This document shows positions 9,378 through 15,929 of a stretch of 20,000 bases of DNA, piece after piece (within the stretch, counting starts at the first letter, position 1; each line of letters starts with the position of its first letter). Under the pieces are notes generated by a model. That model was not told where the DNA came from and did not search any database. It worked only from the letters and a program-made list of their open reading frames with translations. Origin of the DNA: an uncultured virus (IMG/VR IMGVR_UViG_3300027804_000002). Its lineage: Duplodnaviria; Heunggongvirae; Uroviricota; Caudoviricetes. The position numbers were made by a program, and so were the translations under genes. The stretch is from IMG/VR virus record IMGVR_UViG_3300027804_000002, one strand, 5' to 3'.

Positions 9378-9407
9378 ACTAATGCAAAAAAATTAGGCAT
9401 TGCGTCC
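9378..9407 (-). promoter_or_regulatory. Putative phage late promoter
   Basis: GGACGC-N14-TTGCATTAGT-N6-ATG on the minus strand. Confidence 0.7.
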
Positions 9408-9426
9408 CATTTTAAAAAATAAAAAA

Positions 9427-9701
9427 TTGTCCGACTTTATTTAAAAAAATTTGGGAAGTTGGACAATTTTTTTTCTAATCCAATCAAATACTTAACTCAA
9501 AAATTGTCCGACTTGTCCGACTTGTCCAACTTCTTTGCAACTTTTACCCTACCAATTAAATTTATCTTTTTTTTAAAGTGAGTAAAAAAGTGAAATAAAG
9601 TCGGACAAGTCGGACAAGTCGGACAATTTTTCGATTAAGTCTATGATTTTGCTAAATAAAAAATTGTCCAACTTCTTTCAAAATTGTCCAACTTGTCCAA
9701 C
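9427..9701. repeat. Eleven copies of the 9-mer TTGTCCRAC in direct and inverted arrays (iteron-like)
   Basis: Forward copies start at 9427, 9504, 9513, 9522, 9664, 9684, 9693; reverse copies at 9458, 9600, 9609, 9618; AT-rich spacers. Confidence 0.9.
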
Positions 9702-9744
9702 TTCTTTTTTAAAAAATTACAAAAATATACAAACTTGCGCTTTG

Positions 9745-9786
9745 TGGGGCCCCCGGGCCGTGGGGGGTGGGGGTCTAAAAAAGGGG
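9745..9786 (+). other. G-rich tract at the compositional boundary
   Basis: GGGGCCCCCGGGCCGTGGGGGGTGGGGGTCTAAAAAAGGGG within AT-rich DNA. Confidence 0.6.
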
Positions 9787-9832
9787 TATCGACAAATAGG
9801 AAAAGCCCCCTATTCCGCATTGTGAGATGCGA

Positions 9833-9847
9833 TTTCACATTGTGAAA
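9833..9847. promoter_or_regulatory. Palindromic operator-like site TTTCACA-N-TGTGAAA
   Basis: Exact copy at 15391-15405; variants at 9813-9827, 10154-10168, 10327-10341. Confidence 0.65.
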
Positions 9848-9858
9848 CGCAACCCCTA

Positions 9859-9890
9859 ATTGGTGCGGTGCAACATTGGTGCGGTGCAAC
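9859..9890 (+). repeat. 16-bp tandem repeat ATTGGTGCGGTGCAAC x2
   Basis: Exact duplication at 9859-9874 and 9875-9890; related TGTTGCGGTGCAATA at 9930 and 10022. Confidence 0.9.
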
Positions 9891-9909
9891 ATAACCCCCG
9901 TTTAAACAA

Positions 9910-9926
9910 TGCACCAATATGGTGCA
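9910..9926. promoter_or_regulatory. NtrC-type binding site, copy 1
   Basis: TGCACCA-ATA-TGGTGCA matches the NtrC consensus TGCACCA-N3-TGGTGCA. Confidence 0.65.
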
Positions 9927-10001
9927 TCATGTTGCGGTGCAATATGCGTGCTTGCGTATATACGCACATATGCATATAACCAGCCCGCCCCGTTTAAACA
10001 A

Positions 10002-10018
10002 TGCACCAATATGGTGCA
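10002..10018. promoter_or_regulatory. NtrC-type binding site, copy 2
   Basis: Identical TGCACCAATATGGTGCA. Confidence 0.65.
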
Positions 10019-10350
10019 TCATGTTGCGGTGCAATATGCGTAGGTGCGTATATACGCATTGAGGCATATAGATGAATAACCATGCGGGTGCGAGGGGCGA
10101 TCAGGCGGTGAGGCGAGATAGTGGCATTTTGCCGAGCCAGCGATTGCCCATTATTTCATAATGTGAAAATCCATTTAAACGCATTTAAAGCCCCATACAA
10201 GCCATTTTTGAAATGAGGTAAGGGGGTATCCTCAGACGATAGGCGATCTCGATTTTCGAGGGTAAACCCTAAGTATAAAGAGAGCCGAAACCATAACTAA
10301 AAGTTATAACCGCCAACTGTAATTTTTCTCACATTGTGGAATGAAAACCC

Positions 10351-10378
10351 TTGTTTTCCTACACCATATCTATACGAT
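10351..10378 (+). promoter_or_regulatory. Possible sigma70 early promoter
   Basis: TTGTTT-N16-TACGAT upstream of the first plus-strand gene; imperfect match. Confidence 0.3.
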
Positions 10379-10430
10379 TGAGGTATAGCAATTTTGCTAT
10401 TTGATTACTAACCTTTAAGGAATAGAACTT

Positions 10431-11039
10431 ATGAACAATAGAGAACAATGGCTCAACACCATTACTAATAAATATCTTCGCCCCCATTTTGCTAGTAAGG
10501 GCTACACAATCCCCGCCAATATTAGGCTTTCATGCTCACAATCTAGCAAAGGGATTCACACCAAAAAACATCAAAAGCGATTCACATTGGGTCAATGCTA
10601 TCCCGCCTCAATGAGTAGCGATAACACTACTGAGATTATCATTGTGCCGAGTTTGTCCGATTCGGTGCGGGTAGTTGATGTTTTGATTCATGAACTTTGT
10701 CACGCTACTGTCGGCAACAAAGAGGGGCATAACAAGGTTTTCGCTGATTGTGCCTATGCCGTAGGTTTAGAGGGCAAACCAACCTCAACCAATGCAACAG
10801 AGGGTTTAAAACAGGCGATTCTACAATGGGTCAAATATGAGGGCGAATATCCACACGCTACCCTAAACGCTACCTATAAAAAGCAATCTACCCGCTTACA
10901 TAAGTGTGATTGTGTCCATTGTGGTTACACCATGCGGATAAGTAGTAAATGGCTCAAACTCGCTACCCCCCGTTGTCCTTTAGGTCATGGTGAGATGTTG
11001 CACGATTTCGCCTCAGATGATGAGGACACAGAGGAATAA
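10431..11039 (+). CDS. SprT-like zinc metalloprotease with C-terminal Cys/His cluster (202 aa)
   Basis: VLIHELCH...GHNKVF zincin motif; CDCVHCG...CPLGH putative Zn ribbon; TAAGGA SD. Confidence 0.75.
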   Translation: MNNREQWLNTITNKYLRPHFASKGYTIPANIRLSCSQSSKGIHTKKHQKRFTLGQCYPASMSSDNTTEIIIVPSLSDSVRVVDVLIHELCHATVGNKEGHNKVFADCAYAVGLEGKPTSTNATEGLKQAILQWVKYEGEYPHATLNATYKKQSTRLHKCDCVHCGYTMRISSKWLKLATPRCPLGHGEMLHDFASDDEDTEE

Positions 11040-11081
11040 ACCACAGGGCGGGGCAAACCCCCGCCATGTTTAAACACACCA
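11037..11081 (+). repeat. Intergenic hairpin repeat, copy 1
   Basis: TAAACCACAG-GGCGGGG-CAAAC-CCCCGCC-ATGTTTAAACACACCA. Confidence 0.9.
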
Positions 11082-11101
11082 ACCAATAGGAAAACAAAAC
11101 C

Positions 11102-11350
11102 ATGAAATTCACAATCTTAAAACTGATCAAAGAGAAAAAAGTTGTCCCCGCCAAATTGTTAGGCGATCAAACCCCTAACGGGTTCACATGGCAAGTTAAT
11201 GATTCTGATGTTTTGGAATATGACCGCACCACTAAGCAATTCACCCTTGAGGTTTATGAGTTCGGTGAAGATGAATGGGAACTCGTAAAAACTTTAGGGC
11301 ATGAGCAAGCCTACCAAGTGGCATTAGATGAGGGCATTATTTACGAGTAA
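11102..11350 (+). CDS. Hypothetical acidic protein (82 aa)
   Basis: SD (AGGA); bounded by hairpin repeats. Confidence 0.7.
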   Translation: MKFTILKLIKEKKVVPAKLLGDQTPNGFTWQVNDSDVLEYDRTTKQFTLEVYEFGEDEWELVKTLGHEQAYQVALDEGIIYE

Positions 11351-11392
11351 ACCACAGGGCGGGGCTATCCCCCGCCATGTTTAAACACACCA
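11348..11392 (+). repeat. Intergenic hairpin repeat, copy 2
   Basis: Same as copy 1 except the loop is CTATC. Confidence 0.9.
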
Positions 11393-11408
11393 TATAGGAA
11401 CTAAAAAC

Positions 11409-11594
11409 ATGACACAGACATTAATCATTGAGAAAAAGCAAGTTTATGGGAATGAGGTTTTTTACCCTGTAAACGAGCAAGCCAAACTATTTGCAAAGAT
11501 CGCCAATACTAAAACCCTATTGAGATCAACGATATTGACCGCCAAAGAGTTAGGCTATACCATTGAAGTTAAACAACCCGAAACCACATTTTAA
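11409..11594 (+). CDS. Hypothetical phage early protein (61 aa)
   Basis: SD (AGGA); VYGNEVFYP...AKLFAKIANTKTL...LGYTIEV pattern I recall from small phage proteins (not verified). Confidence 0.75.
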   Translation: MTQTLIIEKKQVYGNEVFYPVNEQAKLFAKIANTKTLLRSTILTAKELGYTIEVKQPETTF

Positions 11595-11606
11595 GGAACT
11601 GAAAAC

Positions 11607-11858
11607 ATGACAATCGAACTCAACCCAATCAGCAAAAATATTAATGTTCTAACGCTACCAATGGGGGATATTCTGTTTAGTTATAAGACCCCTGTTGCGT
11701 TTTATGAGATGAACACAGGGAACTATTACAGGACATCTCAAAAGTGGTCAAAAACCACTAGCCGACACATTAACCAATGGTTAGCGGATCGACACGCAAC
11801 AGAGAAAACCACAGAAAAGCCACAGGTATTCTTTGACGAATTGACAGGTTTTATTTAA
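11607..11858 (+). CDS. Hypothetical phage early protein (83 aa)
   Basis: TAAGGA SD; LFSYKTPVA...WSKTTSRHINQW pattern I recall from small phage early proteins (not verified). Confidence 0.75.
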   Translation: MTIELNPISKNINVLTLPMGDILFSYKTPVAFYEMNTGNYYRTSQKWSKTTSRHINQWLADRHATEKTTEKPQVFFDELTGFI

Positions 11859-11860
11859 TC

Positions 11861-11898
11861 AACCACAGGGCGGGGATTTTCCCCGCATTGTTTAAACA
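11861..11898 (+). repeat. Intergenic hairpin repeat, copy 3 (diverged)
   Basis: AACCACAGG-GCGGGGA-TTT-TCCCCGC-ATTGTTTAAACA; truncated fourth copy AACCACAGGGGGC at 12630-12642. Confidence 0.85.
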
Positions 11899-11909
11899 TA
11901 GGGGCAGTT

Positions 11910-12176
11910 ATGAAAACAAAACTAAAAAACAGATTAGACAAATTAACCAAACTCTATCCGAGTGTGTGGTTTAAAGATGGGGGCGAGTTTGCCTCTAGCC
12001 ATGCCAATTCAATTTGGACAGGTGAGGGGAGTGAAATAGAGGGGGATTATGCGTTTAGTTTTTACGGCTACCCCGACACATTGGGGATACACCCGAAACT
12101 AGAAAAGACCCTAAACAAAATGGGGTTATATGCCGAGTTTTATGATGGCGGGACAGTTTTCATTTACGAACAATAA
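11910..12176 (+). CDS. Hypothetical protein (88 aa)
   Basis: AGGGG SD; GIHPKLEKTLNKMGLYAEFYDGGT motif. Confidence 0.75.
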   Translation: MKTKLKNRLDKLTKLYPSVWFKDGGEFASSHANSIWTGEGSEIEGDYAFSFYGYPDTLGIHPKLEKTLNKMGLYAEFYDGGTVFIYEQ

Positions 12177-12187
12177 GGGGCAACAAA

Positions 12188-12346
12188 ATGCGTAATTTAC
12201 CATTGATCATCACCACAGTTATTCTCACCGCCATATTCGTTTTGTGCCTGTATGTGGTGCTAGAAAAGGCATTAGCCATATGCGTAGTAGGGTTAATCTT
12301 TACATCTTTTGCTTTTGGGTATATCGTTAGAGATGATTTAAACTAA
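12188..12346 (+). CDS. Small two-TM membrane protein (52 aa)
   Basis: Not in the track. MRNLPLIITTVILTAIFVLCLYVVLEKALAICVVGLIFTSFAFGYIVRDDLN; AAGGGG SD; fills the intergenic gap. Confidence 0.65.
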   Translation: MRNLPLIITTVILTAIFVLCLYVVLEKALAICVVGLIFTSFAFGYIVRDDLN

Positions 12347-12356
12347 AGGGGAAAAC

Positions 12357-12623
12357 ATGAGGAACAACAGAATCACATTATCAATAAATGAAATCGTAAG
12401 AGTGGCAGAGGTTTTGGAACTATACAAGGTAGCGTTTAAACAAGACCCCGACAATACCGAATTTTACAGGGGTGCATATTCCATGCTTACCGATTTGGAT
12501 ATTGAGCCAAAGACCGCAAGCCAATTACTCACCACGATTCAATTCAAGGTGCGTATTGCTAAGATCGATTCCGAAAAGGAACGACAAGAGGAATACGATT
12601 TGACAGTTAAATATCAGTTATGA
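12357..12623 (+). CDS. Hypothetical protein (88 aa)
   Basis: AAGGGGA SD; in operon context. Confidence 0.7.
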   Translation: MRNNRITLSINEIVRVAEVLELYKVAFKQDPDNTEFYRGAYSMLTDLDIEPKTASQLLTTIQFKVRIAKIDSEKERQEEYDLTVKYQL

Positions 12624-12651
12624 CCAACCAACCACAGGGGGCTATTTTCTA

Positions 12652-12785
12652 AACCAACCTAGACCCGCCTAGATAAGCGGGGGCATTAAACCATTACAAC
12701 CAAAGAGGCAAATTATGTGAACCAACCTAGACCCGCCTATACAAGCGGGGGCAGTAAACCATTACAACCAAAGAGGCAGATTATG
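12652..12785 (+). repeat. Tandem 66-bp duplication (period 68) of a hairpin + SD + ATG unit
   Basis: 12652-12717 and 12720-12785 differ at a few bases; each has a CCCGC-N8-GCGGG hairpin, GAGG and ATG. Confidence 0.9.
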
Positions 12786-12998
12786 ATTGAATATATTGAC
12801 GAATCAAAAGCGTATGAACTTTATGACGAGATGCTAGACGAACTCTACTCACCCATAAACATAGCGGGCATAGAGTTCGACCCTAGCAGAGTGTTAAAGG
12901 AATTAGACCCAATAGCGTATCAATGCGGGTTTAATGATTGGCTCGACAGTTGCGACCTAACGACTGATCCGAGTGAACTCGAAACCGAAACCGAATAG
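12783..12998 (+). CDS. Highly acidic small protein (71 aa), candidate DNA mimic
   Basis: Start re-assigned to ATG 12783 (GAGG SD); 20 D/E versus 3 K/R. Confidence 0.7.
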   Translation: MIEYIDESKAYELYDEMLDELYSPINIAGIEFDPSRVLKELDPIAYQCGFNDWLDSCDLTTDPSELETETE

Positions 12999-13012
12999 GG
13001 GAGTGTTTAAAC

Positions 13013-13156
13013 ATGACTAAGTTTAGATTTGAGGTTTTTTGTGAAAGTGGCAATTTAATTTATATGGGGGTCAATAGTTTAATGGCTACCCAAATTGAAT
13101 TATTAGGCTACACAGTTAAACGCTATTGGGACAACGAACTTATAGGGAGTGTTTAA
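13013..13156 (+). CDS. Hypothetical protein (47 aa)
   Basis: Not in the track. MTKFRFEVFCESGNLIYMGVNSLMATQIELLGYTVKRYWDNELIGSV; start and stop both lie in GGGAGTGTTTAAACATG junctions. Confidence 0.6.
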   Translation: MTKFRFEVFCESGNLIYMGVNSLMATQIELLGYTVKRYWDNELIGSV

Positions 13157-13158
13157 AC

Positions 13159-13344
13159 ATGGCTAACCCAATTAATAAAATCCTAGACGATTTGCGGGTG
13201 TGTGATGATGTGAAAGAGGCACAGGCAATATTAGACGAAACCTTTTACATTTATGGGGCTGATTCTGAGGAATTGGAAAGGGTAGGCGAACTATACCAAA
13301 CCCGCATAAATGAACTGATCGAGGGGTTAGATCGTGATTATTGA
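13159..13344 (+). CDS. Acidic hypothetical protein (61 aa)
   Basis: Start re-assigned to ATG 13159 after GGGAG SD; 16 D/E versus 6 K/R. Confidence 0.7.
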   Translation: MANPINKILDDLRVCDDVKEAQAILDETFYIYGADSEELERVGELYQTRINELIEGLDRDY

Positions 13345-13549
13345 CCAACATAGACCGACACTCACAGAGCCACAGTTTTATGAGATCGTGCAAACCATAG
13401 CCGACATTGGCAAAGATTATGATGACTATAAAACTTATTACAAGATGTGCGACAGATATGGTAAGCAAGTGATCGACAACATTGTGTTTAAGATCAATGA
13501 CATTTATTTAGACATACTAAGAGGGGGTGCGTTTAAACATGAACAATGA
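13334..13549 (+). CDS. Hypothetical protein (71 aa)
   Basis: GTG start with GAGGGG SD, overlapping the previous stop. Confidence 0.6.
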   Translation: MIIDQHRPTLTEPQFYEIVQTIADIGKDYDDYKTYYKMCDRYGKQVIDNIVFKINDIYLDILRGGAFKHEQ

Positions 13550-13619
13550 AACTTTATTAGAAAAAATTGCATTGACCATATTGTTTATTTTATTTTTAGG
13601 CATTATTCTTAGCGTATGA
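13539..13619 (+). CDS. Single-TM peptide (26 aa)
   Basis: MNNETLLEKIALTILFILFLGIILSV; start in GGGGGTGCGTTTAAACATG. Confidence 0.45.
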   Translation: MNNETLLEKIALTILFILFLGIILSV

Positions 13620-13682
13620 AAGCATTATTAACATTATTAGGCATTATCAAATTACCAACCACGAAACGAAAGGCAAAGCCAT

Positions 13683-14765
13683 ATGGCAAACTTATATAAA
13701 ACCATTTCATTACAGGATACAACCAACCTTATTCAAGCAGTAGGAACGCATACGACTGTATTGGCTCAGGGTGAGATGGGTATCGGTAAATCATCAATCC
13801 TACACGCATTAAGAGCAAAATTAGGGGAAAAATATCATTATTGTTATGGTGATATGACAACCAAAGATGTAGGCGATTTTCTAGTGCCGAAGATACGCAG
13901 TTTAAACGGGGCAGAGGTATGCTCATTTATTCCTAATGAGGAATTTGGTTTTCACCATGACAAACCAATCGTATTAATGCTTGATGAGATCGGCAAGGCA
14001 AGTAAGGCAGTTATGAATGCTTGTTTACGATTAATGCTAGAACGCAAACTAGGCACTTACTCACTACCGAATGGATCGATTGTATTTGCAACCACTAACC
14101 TAGCCAATGAGGGCATAGGCGATATGTTGCCCCCTCATGCACGCAACCGCCTAACAGTTGTAAAGGTGCGTAAACCTACGGCTGACGAGTGGCTCGAAAA
14201 CTTTGCATTGGATAACGACATAGCCCCTGAAATCTTGCAGACTGTAAAGCAATTCCCGCAGATGTTAGCGAGTTTCGAGGATTACACTAACCCAAAAGAT
14301 AATGAGTATATCTACGATCCACGCACACCCCGCCCCGCTTTTGCAACCCCTCGCAGTTTGTCAAAGGCAAGCGACATTATTAAAAAGGTCAAACCATTGG
14401 GGATCGACATTCTCGGACACGCACTTAAAGGCACTATTGGGGATCGTGCAACCTATGACACATTGACCATTGTGCAGTTGTCAGAGCAGTTGCCTGATTG
14501 GGAAAGCATTATTAAAGAGCCAACAAAAGCACCCATTCCCAAATCGCCCTCAGCAGTTTGTATGCTTGTGTATTCGGCAGTTCAACAGATCGACAAGGAA
14601 ACATTACCCAAGTGGCTTACATACATGAACCGATTAAGCAAAGAATCACAGGGTTTATTTGCTACGAGTGCTATGCGAACACAGAAAAAAGCCATTGTTG
14701 CAACCAATAAAGAGTTCGTAAAGTGGGCTACCGATAATAACTATATGTTCTCTGGGAGTGTTTAA
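13683..14765 (+). CDS. MoxR/AAA_5-type AAA+ ATPase (360 aa)
   Basis: Walker A GEMGIGKS, Walker B LMLDEIG, sensor-1 ATTN, Arg finger RNR, sensor-2 ATPRS. Confidence 0.85.
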   Translation: MANLYKTISLQDTTNLIQAVGTHTTVLAQGEMGIGKSSILHALRAKLGEKYHYCYGDMTTKDVGDFLVPKIRSLNGAEVCSFIPNEEFGFHHDKPIVLMLDEIGKASKAVMNACLRLMLERKLGTYSLPNGSIVFATTNLANEGIGDMLPPHARNRLTVVKVRKPTADEWLENFALDNDIAPEILQTVKQFPQMLASFEDYTNPKDNEYIYDPRTPRPAFATPRSLSKASDIIKKVKPLGIDILGHALKGTIGDRATYDTLTIVQLSEQLPDWESIIKEPTKAPIPKSPSAVCMLVYSAVQQIDKETLPKWLTYMNRLSKESQGLFATSAMRTQKKAIVATNKEFVKWATDNNYMFSGSV

Positions 14766-14767
14766 AC

Positions 14768-14914
14768 ATGGATCAGGCAATTAAAATTATTGATATGCTT
14801 ATGAACTTAGCCATTGACCTAGCACCCGATCAGGAATTTGCTGAGATGTATGGATTCAATGACAAACTCAATGAGGCACAAGCATTTATTGACCAACAAA
14901 GGAAAGCAAAATAA
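14768..14914 (+). CDS. Hypothetical protein (48 aa)
   Basis: Not in the track. MDQAIKIIDMLMNLAIDLAPDQEFAEMYGFNDKLNEAQAFIDQQRKAK; GGGAG SD; fills the gap exactly. Confidence 0.65.
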   Translation: MDQAIKIIDMLMNLAIDLAPDQEFAEMYGFNDKLNEAQAFIDQQRKAK

Positions 14915-14916
14915 CC

Positions 14917-15099
14917 ATGCCAAACCCAAAAAGCAAAATTGAACTCGATCTATCCAACACCATGCAATATAAGTTGAGATTGGTTAAGACGATTGAGGAA
15001 AAAACCAAACTCATTGACGAGGCTAACCCAATGCTCATGGCTTTTGGTAAAGCACTCAAACCATACAAACCATACCTAACCTATGAGGACAATGTTTAA
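14917..15099 (+). CDS. Hypothetical protein (60 aa)
   Basis: Tightly packed; stop codon lies inside a GTTTAAAC site. Confidence 0.65.
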   Translation: MPNPKSKIELDLSNTMQYKLRLVKTIEEKTKLIDEANPMLMAFGKALKPYKPYLTYEDNV

Positions 15100-15102
15100 A
15101 CT

Positions 15103-15339
15103 ATGCCTAAGATTAAAGACCCATTGTTGATTGATCAAATTTTTGGCTCGTATCAAAAATTTTATGAGGTAGATGTAGAGGGTAAGAAAATAATTGCCAC
15201 TTATACCTTTGATGGTAATGATGGTGAACGAAGTGGGTGGGATTATGACCTAACCCCTTGTTATGTAGATTTAACCGAAGATGAAATTCAAGATTTAGAA
15301 AATGAATTTTACGAAGTGCTTTGCCAATCCGAAGATTGA
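15103..15339 (+). CDS. Acidic hypothetical protein (78 aa)
   Basis: GAGGA SD; 20 D/E versus 6 K/R. Confidence 0.7.
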   Translation: MPKIKDPLLIDQIFGSYQKFYEVDVEGKKIIATYTFDGNDGERSGWDYDLTPCYVDLTEDEIQDLENEFYEVLCQSED

Positions 15340-15493
15340 AAGTAATGTTTAAACATGGGGGTAGGGTAAACACCTATTGACATGAAACTATTTCACATTG
15401 TGAAACCAAGACATGACAAACTTAGGGTTTGCCCTAATATATTTTCCAAGCAAGGTGGGCGAAAATATAGTATGGATTTGATGAAAGGCAATT
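15340..15493 (+). promoter_or_regulatory. Internal regulatory island with possible sigma70 promoter
   Basis: GTTTAAAC 15347; TTTCACATTGTGAAA 15391-15405; TTAGGG-TTTG-CCCTAA 15422-15437; TTTCCA-N17-TATAGT 15443-15471. Confidence 0.55.
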
Positions 15494-15928
15494 ATGAATT
15501 TTATATTTAATGATGGTGGTCGATCCAAAGCGGGTTATAAAGGCAAAGCGGGTGATTGTGGGGCAAGGGCTATGGCAATAGCGTTAGGTATTGATTACCA
15601 AACCGCCTACAACGAATTAGCCCAAGCCAACAAAGACAAAGGGTTTACAAAATCCGCAAGGAACGGCATTTATAAAGATGTGTATTCTGATGTATTAAAA
15701 AGGCATGGGTGGGTTTGGCACTCAGCACCAAAATTTAAAGTGCTTGAGGGGTATAAAAATTCAGAGGGCAAAGTTTTATTTGGACGAAAAGCGAAATGTT
15801 CAGATATGCCAAGTGGAATTGTAATTGCTAGACAAGCGGGGCATTATGTGGCAGTAATAGATGGTATTCCCAATGATATTTGGGATTGCTCAAACAAGAT
15901 GGTTTATGGATATTGGGGAAAGGTTTAA
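15494..15928 (+). CDS. Phage protein with possible papain-like Cys-His-Asp catalytic set (144 aa)
   Basis: GDCGARAMAIALG and GHYVAVIDG...DIWDCS motifs. Confidence 0.55.
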   Translation: MNFIFNDGGRSKAGYKGKAGDCGARAMAIALGIDYQTAYNELAQANKDKGFTKSARNGIYKDVYSDVLKRHGWVWHSAPKFKVLEGYKNSEGKVLFGRKAKCSDMPSGIVIARQAGHYVAVIDGIPNDIWDCSNKMVYGYWGKV

Positions 15929-15929
15929 C

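Larger units (their letters stand above)
9896..10058 (+). repeat. About 71-bp direct repeat with a period of 92 bp
   Basis: 9896-9949 is identical to 9988-10041; after 3 mismatches both continue with TGCGTATATACGCA (9953-9966, 10045-10058). Confidence 0.9.

Noticed and set aside
9427..9701. CRISPR array interpretation of the repeats
   Set aside because: Units are 9 bp, often abutting and in both orientations, with no regular unique spacers and no cas genes.
9641..9892. 83-aa and 60-aa ORFs in the hinge region
   Set aside because: They translate repeats and low-complexity tracts and have no convincing SD.
11037..11898. Hairpin repeats as CRISPR repeats, integron attC sites or plain rho-independent terminators
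   Set aside because: The intervals are whole genes (270-470 bp). There is no attC RYYYAAC...GTTRRRY long imperfect stem and no integrase. The tail has only three consecutive T.
12717..12782. N-terminal extension of the 93-aa ORF (also the extended starts at 13126 and 15861)
   Set aside because: Downstream ATGs (12783, 13159, 15930) have better SD context and avoid repeats or long overlaps.
15377..15405. Perfect TTGACA as a -35 element
   Set aside because: No -10-like hexamer at 16-18 bp spacing.
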